Below the pieces are notes generated by a model. That model ran no database searches, was not told the origin of the DNA, and worked only from the letters and a program-made list of their open reading frames with translations. 64,000 bases of DNA, from sequence record PP496436.1; one strand, 5' to 3'. Shown in pieces: positions 48,540-58,185 of this stretch. The position numbers and the translations under genes were made by a program. Within the stretch, counting starts at the first letter, position 1. The number at the start of each line of letters is the position of its first letter.

Positions 48540-48566
48540 TATGGTGACCTCATTTATAGGTAGGGT

Positions 48567-49649
48567 TTAGCTGAAGAACTGACCGATACTCGTCTTGGCC
48601 GACTTGTAGCCACTGGCTACCTGGTTTGCACCGCTGTTGATCGCGTTGTTAGCTGACTGCGAGATTCCACTAGTGGCGCTGTCGAACTTGCTGGAGACGG
48701 CACCGATGGCGCTGGTGTAAGCATTGCTGACATCATTCTGCAGGGTGGTCAAGCCGGTGGAGATGCGGTCGATGGCACTGTTGGCCGTGCTACTCAGCCC
48801 CGCAGCACTCTTGAGCAAGCTGGTCGCCGTTCCAGATGGATCCAGGTCGCTACGGGTTGCACCTGGCGAACCGATGACCTCAAGCTTGAGCACATACTGG
48901 CTCAAGTCCCCTTGTGACTTGCCCGAGAACGTGAGCGTACCCGACGGAACTACCTTGTAGGGGCGAATCTCCACGGTATCCTTTTGCCGGGACATCTTCT
49001 TGATGTACAGCATCTTGTACGCATCACCCATGGGCACGATACGACCACCTGACCCGCCGATGTTCTGGTTCATCCACGTGGTGAAGTAGTTGAACAGACT
49101 ATTGACATGATCGTCCAAGAAGACAATCTGGATCGACATGGCATGCGTACCTTCCATGATGGTGATCGTGGTCGGCCCCATCTGGAAGTCACGGGTGGTC
49201 ACGTGCGCAGCGTCTTCCTCGATGTCAATGACCGGGAGCCAAGACTGGAAGTACGAGGGCAGCGCATTGGCGTCGGCCAGCTTGATATCCCAGAGCTGAT
49301 CGGTATTCCACTCCACCTGTTGCAAGTCCAGCACGTTCTGCAAGTAGCCGGAGTGTGCCGGGATAGGAGGTGACGCATTGGCGTAGTTGCCGATGCTGCC
49401 TTGGAACAGCCCGAGGGACGTAAGCCCGCTCTTGATGGCTCCCAGTGAAAGGGAGTTATCACCTGTTAGTCGATACAACTTGTCGTTGATCTTTTGTTCA
49501 ACGTAGCCACCCAGCCGACTCTGAATGGTGTTGCCGATGATGCCTGTTACCGCGCCAAGTGATCCACTCTTGCGATAGGTACTGATTGCCTCGATACCCG
49601 TAGTGAATGCCCCCAGCGCGCTATTGGTCTTTAGACTGAAAAGGCCCAT
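48567..49649 (-). CDS. Tail tube initiator / baseplate protein (gp54-like)
   Basis: GAGG SD; IQIVFLDD..N..FNYF.TW.N resembles tube-fold proteins. Confidence 0.5.
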   Translation of the reverse strand: MGLFSLKTNSALGAFTTGIEAISTYRKSGSLGAVTGIIGNTIQSRLGGYVEQKINDKLYRLTGDNSLSLGAIKSGLTSLGLFQGSIGNYANASPPIPAHSGYLQNVLDLQQVEWNTDQLWDIKLADANALPSYFQSWLPVIDIEEDAAHVTTRDFQMGPTTITIMEGTHAMSIQIVFLDDHVNSLFNYFTTWMNQNIGGSGGRIVPMGDAYKMLYIKKMSRQKDTVEIRPYKVVPSGTLTFSGKSQGDLSQYVLKLEVIGSPGATRSDLDPSGTATSLLKSAAGLSSTANSAIDRISTGLTTLQNDVSNAYTSAIGAVSSKFDSATSGISQSANNAINSGANQVASGYKSAKTSIGQFFS

Positions 49650-49721
49650 ACTGATATCCTCTTGTATGTAGCGGCGGCGCATACACGTAATTAGCGTAAG
49701 GGCCTAGTTGCCACACAGACG

Positions 49722-49757
49722 AAAAAAGCCCGCGCAGCACAATGGCCGGGCGGGCTT
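49722..49757 (-). terminator. Intrinsic terminator
   Basis: GCCCGC/GCGGGC stem followed by T6 on the minus strand. Confidence 0.75.
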
Positions 49758-49778
49758 GAGGTGGTACAATTACATGGT

Positions 49779-50270
49779 CTAGCGTTTGCTGAGCAACCCC
49801 ATGATCGCCAGCAGTCGATCCTTCGTTGTGGATTCGCCTGATGCGATTGGGGGCGTTTCCGGGGTTTCCTCCGCCGTTGATACGTCCAACGGGGTGATCG
49901 TGTCGCCTGCGGCTTCCTGCGTCGGTTCCGGTGCGTCAGCCACGGCCAGCGCATCGACCCACGTTGAATCTGCGGGACCACGTTGCACATCCCGGCCAGT
50001 CAGATCCACATTGGTTGCGACGATGAGTTGATCGTCTTGGGTGTCAGTAGCCCCACCCTTCTTCATGGACAGCACCGAAATGATCTCCTTGACCAGCAGT
50101 ACGTCATTCAGGTTGATTTGCTTGGGGTAGCGTTGCACACTCTTACTTCGCATGTAGGCCACGTAAGCGCGAGTGGTAGGTGCATCCCACACACCAGGTT
50201 CATAATCGTCGTGCAGCAGACCACGGCGTATGAACGCCCGCTGCACCTTGGCTAGCAAGGCGGTATCCAT
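49779..50270 (-). CDS. Protein with an N-terminal peptidoglycan-binding-like domain
   Basis: VQRAFIRRG...PGVWDAPTTRA resembles lQ..L...G....DG.fG..T..A. Confidence 0.5.
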   Translation of the reverse strand: MDTALLAKVQRAFIRRGLLHDDYEPGVWDAPTTRAYVAYMRSKSVQRYPKQINLNDVLLVKEIISVLSMKKGGATDTQDDQLIVATNVDLTGRDVQRGPADSTWVDALAVADAPEPTQEAAGDTITPLDVSTAEETPETPPIASGESTTKDRLLAIMGLLSKR

Positions 50271-50291
50271 TCAACAACTCCTCTTGGTAGG

Positions 50292-50321
50292 CAGGGTGGA
50301 TGGGAATTCCCATCCACCCTG
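50292..50321. repeat. Perfect 30-bp palindrome
   Basis: CAGGGTGGATGGGAA|TTCCCATCCACCCTG; no U-tract on either side. Confidence 0.9.
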
Positions 50322-50330
50322 TATCACGTG

Positions 50331-53300
50331 TTACGCCACCTCACGCAGCTTCCACTTGGTTTCGGCCTTGACTGCTTTCGCCAGTGCCCGACCGGCAGCA
50401 GCCTCGCTTACCTTGCCGAGATCTGTGTTGCCGTCCTGCGTTTCGAGTACGTAGCCATCCTTGGTCTTGACCAGTGCGATGAAGCGCGTGCCAGACTTGG
50501 TTTGGAAGCGACGGATCGTCTTGCCGGTTACTTCGGTGTTCACCTTGGCAGCGGGTGTACGCTTCTTCGTGCGCAGCGTCAGCGACTTGATCGTTTCCAT
50601 GACCTCGTCGTAGTTGGCGATGCTCACACCTGAACGCACGATGGCGTCCAGTTCTGCCTTGGCTTCCGCCTTGCTGTTCGACAGGATGAACCACTCGCTG
50701 TCCGAAGACTCCCACTTGACCGTAGGAACAATAACCTTGCGACGCACCTGTACAGCCGATGGTTGCTTAGTCATGTCTACCAAGATCCAGCATTCACCTT
50801 CGTAGAACATCACGTATGGACGCAGTTCACCTTTAGGCACCGCACGTTTGCGGTCCAGGTGGAAGTTGCGAACGTCGGTGTCGAGTGCAGCCTCGAAGTT
50901 CAGGAGTCGGCGCTTGCCCTGTGTAAAAGCGGCCAGTGCTGATTCCAGGTCCTTCAAGTAGCGGGGCTGAACCTCGAAGTTCTCTTTCAGCTTGTCGATA
51001 ACGCTGGACAACGCCCGGTAGGTCGGCACGATTGCGTAGATGAACTTTCCGGTCTCGCGGAAGCCCAACTGCGTAGCCATCTTGTCCGTGACATCCGGGT
51101 CTTCACGATCCAATGCCAACTGGATCATGTTGTTCAGCACGCCTGGGTACACGTAGATCTCACCGTCAAGGTCACGGTTACGCTCAACCACCGCCTTCTT
51201 AACCGGCACTTCCGGTTCAGGGGCCGTCTGTTCCTCCGGCTCCTCGGTGTCATCGTCTTCCTCCGGTTCCTCTACCACTGGATCGGATTCAGGCGTCGAG
51301 TACTGCGTGGCGCGTTCCGGCATGCCCACCATCTCCGCCAGTCGCTGGCGTACGGGCACCTTGTTCGGCTTGAGGATCACGAACACCGCCAGCTTGTTCA
51401 CTGAGACAGTACCGATTTCCTTGATCTTCACCTTGAGGGTGTTTTTACCGGAGCTGATAACCTCGCCATCCCCGTACTCGGTATGCACCTGCAAACCTTT
51501 CATGTCGGCGTCATCCGCCGTCAAGTCATTGTCTGCCAGCCAATCAGCGACCGGGATGATACCCAGTGCGTCTGTGAATGGCAGTTGTTGGTTCGAGGTA
51601 TACGGCACCGTGATCAACGCGGAGCCCGGCAGGTTACCCGCTGTCGGAATCTCCTTGGCTTTCGTTGGGCCGTCGTACGTCTTGAGGAAGTCGGCGTACT
51701 CATCCCGGCGGATCTTGGTGTACTGCCCATAAGCATCTACGTAAGCGAACAGCGAACCCTGATCGTCTTCGGAGCCGAACTTGTTGGCATCCATGATCGA
51801 GTCGAGGGTCATGCTGACCAGCGGCAGGTTAGGCAGCTTGTCGTAACGAGCATCCGAAGCCTGGAAGCGAACCATCGTCAAGAGCTTAGACATCATCCGT
51901 GCGGTCTTGGTCACGTCGATAGTGCCGTCGGCAATGATGCGGTCGAAGAAGATCTTGTTGCGCTTGCCGTACTTGTTCTTCGGATCGGGGCGGTTGAGTC
52001 GCGACTGCCCTTGTTCGAATTCCCCCGGCGACCATACCGAGTCCGTCGAGATCAAGCGGTTGACGAACTGGAAGTTGTGGCCTGTGTTCAGGGATGTCTC
52101 AACCCCGATCAAGCCGATGATGCCGTCATCCTTCTCGAACTTCGGCAGCAGCTTGTCCTTGTCTGCGGCGTAGTACAGGATGACCTTCTTCTGGAGGTCA
52201 GGTGGAAGCGACGCGTGCAATGCCTGAGCTGATGCCACGTAAGCACAGAAGATCAGCACCTTGCCGTTAGTCTTGTCCTTGGAGTGCTCATCGAACAACC
52301 GGATGATCTCTTTGGCTTTCGGGCTGATACGATCCGAGCCCTGCAATACCTTATCACCAACCTTATCGTGCGCCGGTGCCGAGATGAACATCTCCAGTCG
52401 TTGCAAGTATGGACGCAGCAGCATCTCGATGTTGGCGACGTTTTCCTCACCTTCATCCGACGCTTTCAGTTTCTTCATAAGATCCGCGTCGGCCATGATG
52501 GCTTCTACGGCATCGTTCAGAATGTCCTGATACACGGCCATCTGTTTCTTCGACAGCGACACCTTGTGGAACGTCTCGGTGGCCGCTGGCAACAATGCTG
52601 CCCACTCCCGCCGGGATACACGCACGTAATCTGCTGCGCTGTTCATCTGGTTACGCACATCACGCTCGGCATTGTTCTTCCAGCTGAGCGGCTTACCTTG
52701 GAACGTTTCGGCAGCGTACCGCTCGATGAAGTCCTTCTTGGAACCGAACGTTGAGGGCGACATGATCGAGAACTGACCAGCAGCATCCGTCAGTTGCCCG
52801 TGCACGTAGGTACCTGTGGTCTGCCGGAGGTTGTCCGACAGGGTAGCCTGAGCCCGTACCGAAGCAGAACGTGCACTGTCCAAGTTGGCCAGATACTGTG
52901 ATTCGTCCATGGACAAGTAGATCCACTCGAAGCGACGCATCAGCTCTGAGTTGTTCGACAGGATCAGATCGGTGTTGCCGTACTGAATGCTGTACTGCCC
53001 GTTCTTGGGGAAGTCGAAGTCACACAGAACCAACGTGTTGATCGGCGCGTTGTAGATCAAGTTGTACATGTAGTCGTGACCGTAACGGTTGATCACGTCT
53101 GTGGACAGCACAACTACGTTGACCGCGCCTTGGGTCAGATAGGTGATATCCTCGATATAGTTCTTGATCAGGTTCTTCGGACACATCATCAGCGGACGTT
53201 TCTGCTGATTGCCTTTCAGATCGCCACGCTCGTAATACTGACCGAGGGTGTACAGGCAGTCCAGCACGTTCATCAGCGTCTTACCGCCGCCCGCATCCAC

Positions 53301-56084
53301 GTGGTCAACCTTCTTGTCCGGCTGACGCTGACCCGACACGATAGCTCGGATCTGGTGAGCCAGTGCGGAGAAGTCTGGGCGAATGAATGGCACGGGAGCC
53401 ACTTCCGTCTCGTCGTTGACCTTGACCGGGTTCAGCGAGTACTTCGCCTGCTTGGCCGCTACTTGAGACTTCAGTTCATCCTTGGCCGACTGCTCTGCGT
53501 ACTTCGCCATGGCAAAGATCGAAGCCACACCCTGCATACGACTGGTGACCGAAAGCACATTGCTGGTGCCGATGGCCTTCGGATCGCTGAGTACCTTGAA
53601 CAGCGAGTCCGCACCGTCTTGCATGGCTTCGACCGCGATACGGCCAATGCCTCGAAGCATAGGGATGTCGGAGTCCGCAGTCAGGTGACTGATACGCAGG
53701 TCCTTGTAGACCTCTTCGAACGGGTAATCGTTCGTCGCGATGTCTCGGTCAACCAGACGCTTCGCCAACGACTGAATCGATGCCAGAACTTCGTGGATAG
53801 TCGGGTTGCCGCCCACCGGGAACAGGAAGTCTTTAACGCTCTCCCCCAGCACGTCAGTTACGGCCCCCGGTACTTCGAAGTCTCCATCCTCGAAGTAGTC
53901 GGTAACCTTCTTGCCCTTGTAGTTCAACCACGCCGTCAGCGAGTTACGCAGATAACCGAACGACAGAGCCTTGGGGTTTACTTTTTCTTCCATCGACTTC
54001 TGGTATTCCATGACACTGGCCGGTGAGTAGGCCGAGACGTCAGCGGTAACCAGTCCACCAGATGCGGTGGTGTAGCTGAGGATGTCTGCGCCCCAGTCGG
54101 TGAAGATGTAGTAGGAACGGAGACGGCCTTGAGCGAACTGCTTGATAACCAGATTATCCGTCTTGGCGTTTTCCGGGATCATGTACTGGTTCTGGATACT
54201 GATCTCAGGAGTTTCCTGACCCTCTACGTCTTTGAACTTCGCTTTGACGTTACCCATACCCACGTCTTGGCGCGTGTACTCGTTGTCTGCGAAGGCGCCG
54301 CGATACGAGTCCTCGATGGCCTTCTCGTACTGCGTAACGATCTGTGGGTCAGCGGTGGGCACGAACACCAGGTCAGCATCGGGGCCGACCATCATCTGGT
54401 CACCGTTCAAACGCGAACGCTGCGGCATTGCGCGGGTATCTGCGATTGCCTTGCCCACGGCACGATAGAACGATGCATCTGTCTTGGCGAACGAGTACTG
54501 CGCGTCAGTCATCTGATACGCCCACTCGGCCACGTCAACCGGAGCGGGTGGAGAATGCTGAGTCACGAACGCGGCTACGTCTTCCGAAATGGTGAACTCG
54601 GAGAAAGCAACAACCTCGGCATCACCCGCTTCACCGATGTTAGACAGACGGCACATGAACGAGCGGGACTTCAGACGCGCCATTGCATCTTTGTAATCTG
54701 CCTTGTCCACCACATCAGTCTGCAGGGACGGTGGCACCGGCATCTTGTTGGACGTCAACCAGCCGTTGAGGCGGGTCATCGGCGTGTTTTCCAGAAGCCA
54801 GTTGATGAAGTCAACCGGAGCCGTTGGCATGGTTGGTTCTTCCGGCGCACCCGCAGTCAGGTTGCCGTCCAGCCCACGGTATGCGTGGTTCCAGTTCTTG
54901 AGCAGGCGCTCCAGAATCTTGCCGCCCACCTCGTCCTTCACTCGCTGGAAGGATGGCTTGTCTTCTTTCGAATAGGCGAAGATGATCTTGGCGACCATAC
55001 TGTCGTTGACATCAGACCAGTTGTTGTCGTAGTCCAGATCGTCGATGCGATACTTGCGCAGCACATCCAGCTCTTGCTGATTGGCAAAGCTGCAATACAT
55101 CACGCTCTCGCCGAGGGTACGGCGCACGTACGGCATCTTGCCAGCGGTGCCAGTGCCGTTGATGAAGCTAACCTCATTGATGCTTTGTACGCCTGCTTCA
55201 CCACGGGGTGGGGATACTTCGATCAGCAGGTTGAGCCCACCGACAAGTTCCTTCAACCCATCTTTCTCGAAGGCGAAGTCGTTCTCGCCCATCAAGATTT
55301 CCTTGTCGATGAACGGACTGTTCAACGCAGATTTGAAGTTGACAGGGATGCGCAACCTCATCTGGCGGGTCATGTCGTCCAGTGCCAGCGGATCTTCCAT
55401 GAACTTGCCCAGTGCAGTCTTGAGCAGTTCCAACTGGCTGGTCATCAAGGCGTCAACCTTGGTTTGCATCCGGCTACGCTCTTCCGGCGGCAGATACACC
55501 ATGGCATTTTGCAGGATCTTCACGCGGGGAACAATGTAGGCCATGTCGATCCTGCTCTCGACGCAAATACCGATTGCGTCGAGCATCTCAGGGACCGAGA
55601 AGCCGGGAATGCGGGATTCTTTGACGTTGCTGCCCATGGCCGGGATAGCCAGCGTGAAGTCACCTCGACCATTCGCTGTAACCTTGGTATACGGCGCCAG
55701 CGTACGCATGCCTTCCGACATCTCGTCCCATTTCTCAGCCTTGATCGTAGCGCGGTTGGCACGGAAGGTAGCTGGTGGGGTCACACTGTAGTCTTTGAAC
55801 TCCAGGCTTTCCTTCATGTCCTGCAACAGACGCTTGCCGTTGTCGAACAGCTTCGGCAGCTCGGTCTCGAACAAGTTCGGTACCTTGGACAGTTCGTCCA
55901 TCAGCGATGCGCCACCTACGGAGAGGACGGCATACGCCATGCTATGCAGGTCACCCAGCTTGTAGTCGAACGTGGACTCGTAGTCTTCCGGTTCTTCAAT
56001 CGGCTCGGCCAATGGTGCCGCCAGCGAGCGTAAGCGTTCCATCTCTTCCGGGGCACGACTACGCCGTCTTGATTTCTTGCTCAT
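50331..56084 (-). CDS. Large SNF2/SF2 helicase-like protein
   Basis: DAGGGKT (motif I), LSMDESQ (II), QTTGT (III), VLIFC (IV), TGHNFQ (V), QGQSRLNR (VI); ~900-aa unknown N-terminus. Confidence 0.8.
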   Translation of the reverse strand: MSKKSRRRSRAPEEMERLRSLAAPLAEPIEEPEDYESTFDYKLGDLHSMAYAVLSVGGASLMDELSKVPNLFETELPKLFDNGKRLLQDMKESLEFKDYSVTPPATFRANRATIKAEKWDEMSEGMRTLAPYTKVTANGRGDFTLAIPAMGSNVKESRIPGFSVPEMLDAIGICVESRIDMAYIVPRVKILQNAMVYLPPEERSRMQTKVDALMTSQLELLKTALGKFMEDPLALDDMTRQMRLRIPVNFKSALNSPFIDKEILMGENDFAFEKDGLKELVGGLNLLIEVSPPRGEAGVQSINEVSFINGTGTAGKMPYVRRTLGESVMYCSFANQQELDVLRKYRIDDLDYDNNWSDVNDSMVAKIIFAYSKEDKPSFQRVKDEVGGKILERLLKNWNHAYRGLDGNLTAGAPEEPTMPTAPVDFINWLLENTPMTRLNGWLTSNKMPVPPSLQTDVVDKADYKDAMARLKSRSFMCRLSNIGEAGDAEVVAFSEFTISEDVAAFVTQHSPPAPVDVAEWAYQMTDAQYSFAKTDASFYRAVGKAIADTRAMPQRSRLNGDQMMVGPDADLVFVPTADPQIVTQYEKAIEDSYRGAFADNEYTRQDVGMGNVKAKFKDVEGQETPEISIQNQYMIPENAKTDNLVIKQFAQGRLRSYYIFTDWGADILSYTTASGGLVTADVSAYSPASVMEYQKSMEEKVNPKALSFGYLRNSLTAWLNYKGKKVTDYFEDGDFEVPGAVTDVLGESVKDFLFPVGGNPTIHEVLASIQSLAKRLVDRDIATNDYPFEEVYKDLRISHLTADSDIPMLRGIGRIAVEAMQDGADSLFKVLSDPKAIGTSNVLSVTSRMQGVASIFAMAKYAEQSAKDELKSQVAAKQAKYSLNPVKVNDETEVAPVPFIRPDFSALAHQIRAIVSGQRQPDKKVDHVDAGGGKTLMNVLDCLYTLGQYYERGDLKGNQQKRPLMMCPKNLIKNYIEDITYLTQGAVNVVVLSTDVINRYGHDYMYNLIYNAPINTLVLCDFDFPKNGQYSIQYGNTDLILSNNSELMRRFEWIYLSMDESQYLANLDSARSASVRAQATLSDNLRQTTGTYVHGQLTDAAGQFSIMSPSTFGSKKDFIERYAAETFQGKPLSWKNNAERDVRNQMNSAADYVRVSRREWAALLPAATETFHKVSLSKKQMAVYQDILNDAVEAIMADADLMKKLKASDEGEENVANIEMLLRPYLQRLEMFISAPAHDKVGDKVLQGSDRISPKAKEIIRLFDEHSKDKTNGKVLIFCAYVASAQALHASLPPDLQKKVILYYAADKDKLLPKFEKDDGIIGLIGVETSLNTGHNFQFVNRLISTDSVWSPGEFEQGQSRLNRPDPKNKYGKRNKIFFDRIIADGTIDVTKTARMMSKLLTMVRFQASDARYDKLPNLPLVSMTLDSIMDANKFGSEDDQGSLFAYVDAYGQYTKIRRDEYADFLKTYDGPTKAKEIPTAGNLPGSALITVPYTSNQQLPFTDALGIIPVADWLADNDLTADDADMKGLQVHTEYGDGEVISSGKNTLKVKIKEIGTVSVNKLAVFVILKPNKVPVRQRLAEMVGMPERATQYSTPESDPVVEEPEEDDDTEEPEEQTAPEPEVPVKKAVVERNRDLDGEIYVYPGVLNNMIQLALDREDPDVTDKMATQLGFRETGKFIYAIVPTYRALSSVIDKLKENFEVQPRYLKDLESALAAFTQGKRRLLNFEAALDTDVRNFHLDRKRAVPKGELRPYVMFYEGECWILVDMTKQPSAVQVRRKVIVPTVKWESSDSEWFILSNSKAEAKAELDAIVRSGVSIANYDEVMETIKSLTLRTKKRTPAAKVNTEVTGKTIRRFQTKSGTRFIALVKTKDGYVLETQDGNTDLGKVSEAAAGRALAKAVKAETKWKLREVA

Positions 56085-56094
56085 GGGTTGCACC

Positions 56095-56568
56095 TTACTT
56101 GACTAAGCCGTTGTTGTTGACCAGTAGATCCCAGTACGGAATCGGCGGGGTGAGCTTGCGGCGCTGGAAGAAAACCAGAATGGTCTTGGCCACCTTGATA
56201 CGGTCATACGCACGCAAACCTTCGATCAGCGTGGGACCGTACAGCGTCTCCGCCAGATTGCTTGCTTCTCGATCCGTGTAGCCATCGAGGTTGGTGTTGA
56301 TGACCGTACACAGACGATCGATCGGCATGTCCAAGCCTTTTTCGTACAGCTGGACGTGCATCTCGTTGATCTGCCCACGAAGACGGCGCAGCGTGTTGTA
56401 CAACTGCGTGATCTGCTGGGCGTTGAGCTGGGGCACTTCCATGGTGCCTGAGTCATCGGCGCCGGGGACAGGAGCCACCAGGCTCTCAGCGATGGTCACA
56501 TCCTTGATCAGCCTGTCGTACTGGTCAAGCATGGTGACGCTGATACTCTTGATGCCTTTACTTTTCAT
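56095..56568 (-). CDS. Hypothetical protein
   Basis: 157 aa with AGGAG SD. Confidence 0.75.
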   Translation of the reverse strand: MKSKGIKSISVTMLDQYDRLIKDVTIAESLVAPVPGADDSGTMEVPQLNAQQITQLYNTLRRLRGQINEMHVQLYEKGLDMPIDRLCTVINTNLDGYTDREASNLAETLYGPTLIEGLRAYDRIKVAKTILVFFQRRKLTPPIPYWDLLVNNNGLVK

Positions 56569-56615
56569 ACTAGTGCTGCTCCTACTCTCGAATTGGCATG
56601 TGTCAATACGGCTAT

Positions 56616-57026
56616 TTACCGTTTGTTTTGCCGTGCGATCTTCTTCCGCTGCTCATCTTTATATAGGTGACCATGCAGGAAATTCTTGGAATGACACGCG
56701 GGACATAACGGGATCAGGTTGGACTTGCTGTCGGTGCCCCCACGGGATGCCTGCTTGATATGGTGCAGCGCGAGCCGCCCACCGTCAGGGATCTTGCTCT
56801 GGTGAATACCACAGCGACCGCAGCAGTTGTTGAAGACCGCTTTGACTTCCTTCTTACGGTCCTTCCACTCGTCCGTCTTGAGCCCACCCAAGTACGTTGC
56901 CTTCTTGGATCGCTTGACGATACCGGTCTTGCTGATACCCGAACCAGTCGATGGGCGTGCTATCTTGATGCCCGGTTTGCCCGGCTTACGGGGGCCATTG
57001 ATCCGGGCACGGGGCGGCGTTTTCAT
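56616..57026 (-). CDS. HNH endonuclease
   Basis: CGRCG..LHHIKQASRGGTDSKSNLIPLCPACH. Confidence 0.9.
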   Translation of the reverse strand: MKTPPRARINGPRKPGKPGIKIARPSTGSGISKTGIVKRSKKATYLGGLKTDEWKDRKKEVKAVFNNCCGRCGIHQSKIPDGGRLALHHIKQASRGGTDSKSNLIPLCPACHSKNFLHGHLYKDEQRKKIARQNKR

Positions 57027-57029
57027 AGC

Positions 57030-57779
57030 TTACTCCAGAAACGATTTCAAGTCAACGTTGATCTTCCCGTACATTTCCTCGGTCTTTTTGCCCATGTCGC
57101 GGAAACATTGCAGCACGGCGTCTTCAACCTTGGCCCAGCGCTTGTCCTTGATATGCGGTGCCAGTGCAGTCTTCAGCATGTTGGCCTGACTCACGTACAT
57201 GTGCGCGAAGCCAATGAAGATAGGGTACATAACCTTCTCGCTGATGTTGGCCGCGAGATTGCTTTGCTCCTGATTCGCCTGCATGTCGTTGATCAGTTCT
57301 CGGATCGAGTTGATCATGGCATTCAGAGAGTAGACAGCGGACTGTGAGCCTTCCGTGTTCCTCACTCGGAGTTCGAGAATGGGCACCATGTCAATCAAAG
57401 TGATCAACATGCGTACCTGGAACATGGAAAAACCCCGATCTTTTTCCTCAGCGGACGAGATCAGGGACATAATCTTATTTGAGTCAGTGCCGAAGATCGA
57501 CTCCAGCATATCCGGGTCAACTTCCAGTTCACCACCTTCCGCCATGGAAGTTTTCATCTTAACCAAGTAGTCCCGCAGTTCATCCGGGTTCTTACTGGAC
57601 ACGGCGTCAACCCCGGTGAATCCGCAAGAGTCACACACGGGATCATCGTTGAGTATCTCGGAGGACAACTCATCTGGTGCACGGCATTTGGTACACCGGC
57701 ACTTGTATGTATCTTTGGTCAAAGTCTTCACGACACGGAACGCGCCGTAGGTGGCCTTCACCTTGATTGGATCAGCCAT
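57030..57779 (-). CDS. Hypothetical protein with an N-terminal zinc ribbon
   Basis: CRCTKC...CDSCG followed by a helical region. Confidence 0.75.
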   Translation of the reverse strand: MADPIKVKATYGAFRVVKTLTKDTYKCRCTKCRAPDELSSEILNDDPVCDSCGFTGVDAVSSKNPDELRDYLVKMKTSMAEGGELEVDPDMLESIFGTDSNKIMSLISSAEEKDRGFSMFQVRMLITLIDMVPILELRVRNTEGSQSAVYSLNAMINSIRELINDMQANQEQSNLAANISEKVMYPIFIGFAHMYVSQANMLKTALAPHIKDKRWAKVEDAVLQCFRDMGKKTEEMYGKINVDLKSFLE

Positions 57780-58179
57780 GATTGAGCACCTCTAATACAT
57801 TCACGGTAGACAGGAAGTGTTTGGTCGGCGGGTTGGTCTGGAACAAGCGAAGCATCTGTGGTTGGATCCACAGGAACCTGTCATGTTCGTCGTTCAAAGT
57901 GATGGGTGGCACATGAGTCAGATTGATCAGGACGTACACCCGGTCGGCATCCAGCTTATCCGCCTTGATGCGTTTCCACGGCTCGCTCTTGATCGTGTGC
58001 CAGCCCAACTCCTCTGCCAGTTCCCTGCGCAATGCGACCGCTGCCTTCTCCCCCGAGTCTAACCGACCACCGGGGAGATTCCACGTTCCTGCGTTATTCA
58101 CCTTAGCGCTGCGGCGTGCCAGTAGCACATCGCCTGTTGCAGTGTTTCGAATGATGGCGTACACGCCGCGCTTTTCCAT
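57772..58179 (-). CDS. NUDIX hydrolase
   Basis: PGGRLDSGEKAAVALRRELAEELG is a Nudix box. Confidence 0.9.
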   Translation of the reverse strand: MEKRGVYAIIRNTATGDVLLARRSAKVNNAGTWNLPGGRLDSGEKAAVALRRELAEELGWHTIKSEPWKRIKADKLDADRVYVLINLTHVPPITLNDEHDRFLWIQPQMLRLFQTNPPTKHFLSTVNVLEVLNHG

Positions 58180-58185
58180 ACCTAC

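Noticed and set aside
48540-48560. TATAAAT T4-like late promoter upstream of the chaperone gene
   Set aside because: It overlaps the SD (GAGG), leaving no room for a leader; more likely part of the RBS region.
56616-57026. HNH as part of a mobile intron or intein
   Set aside because: Free-standing gene with intact neighbours; no split host gene or splice motifs seen.
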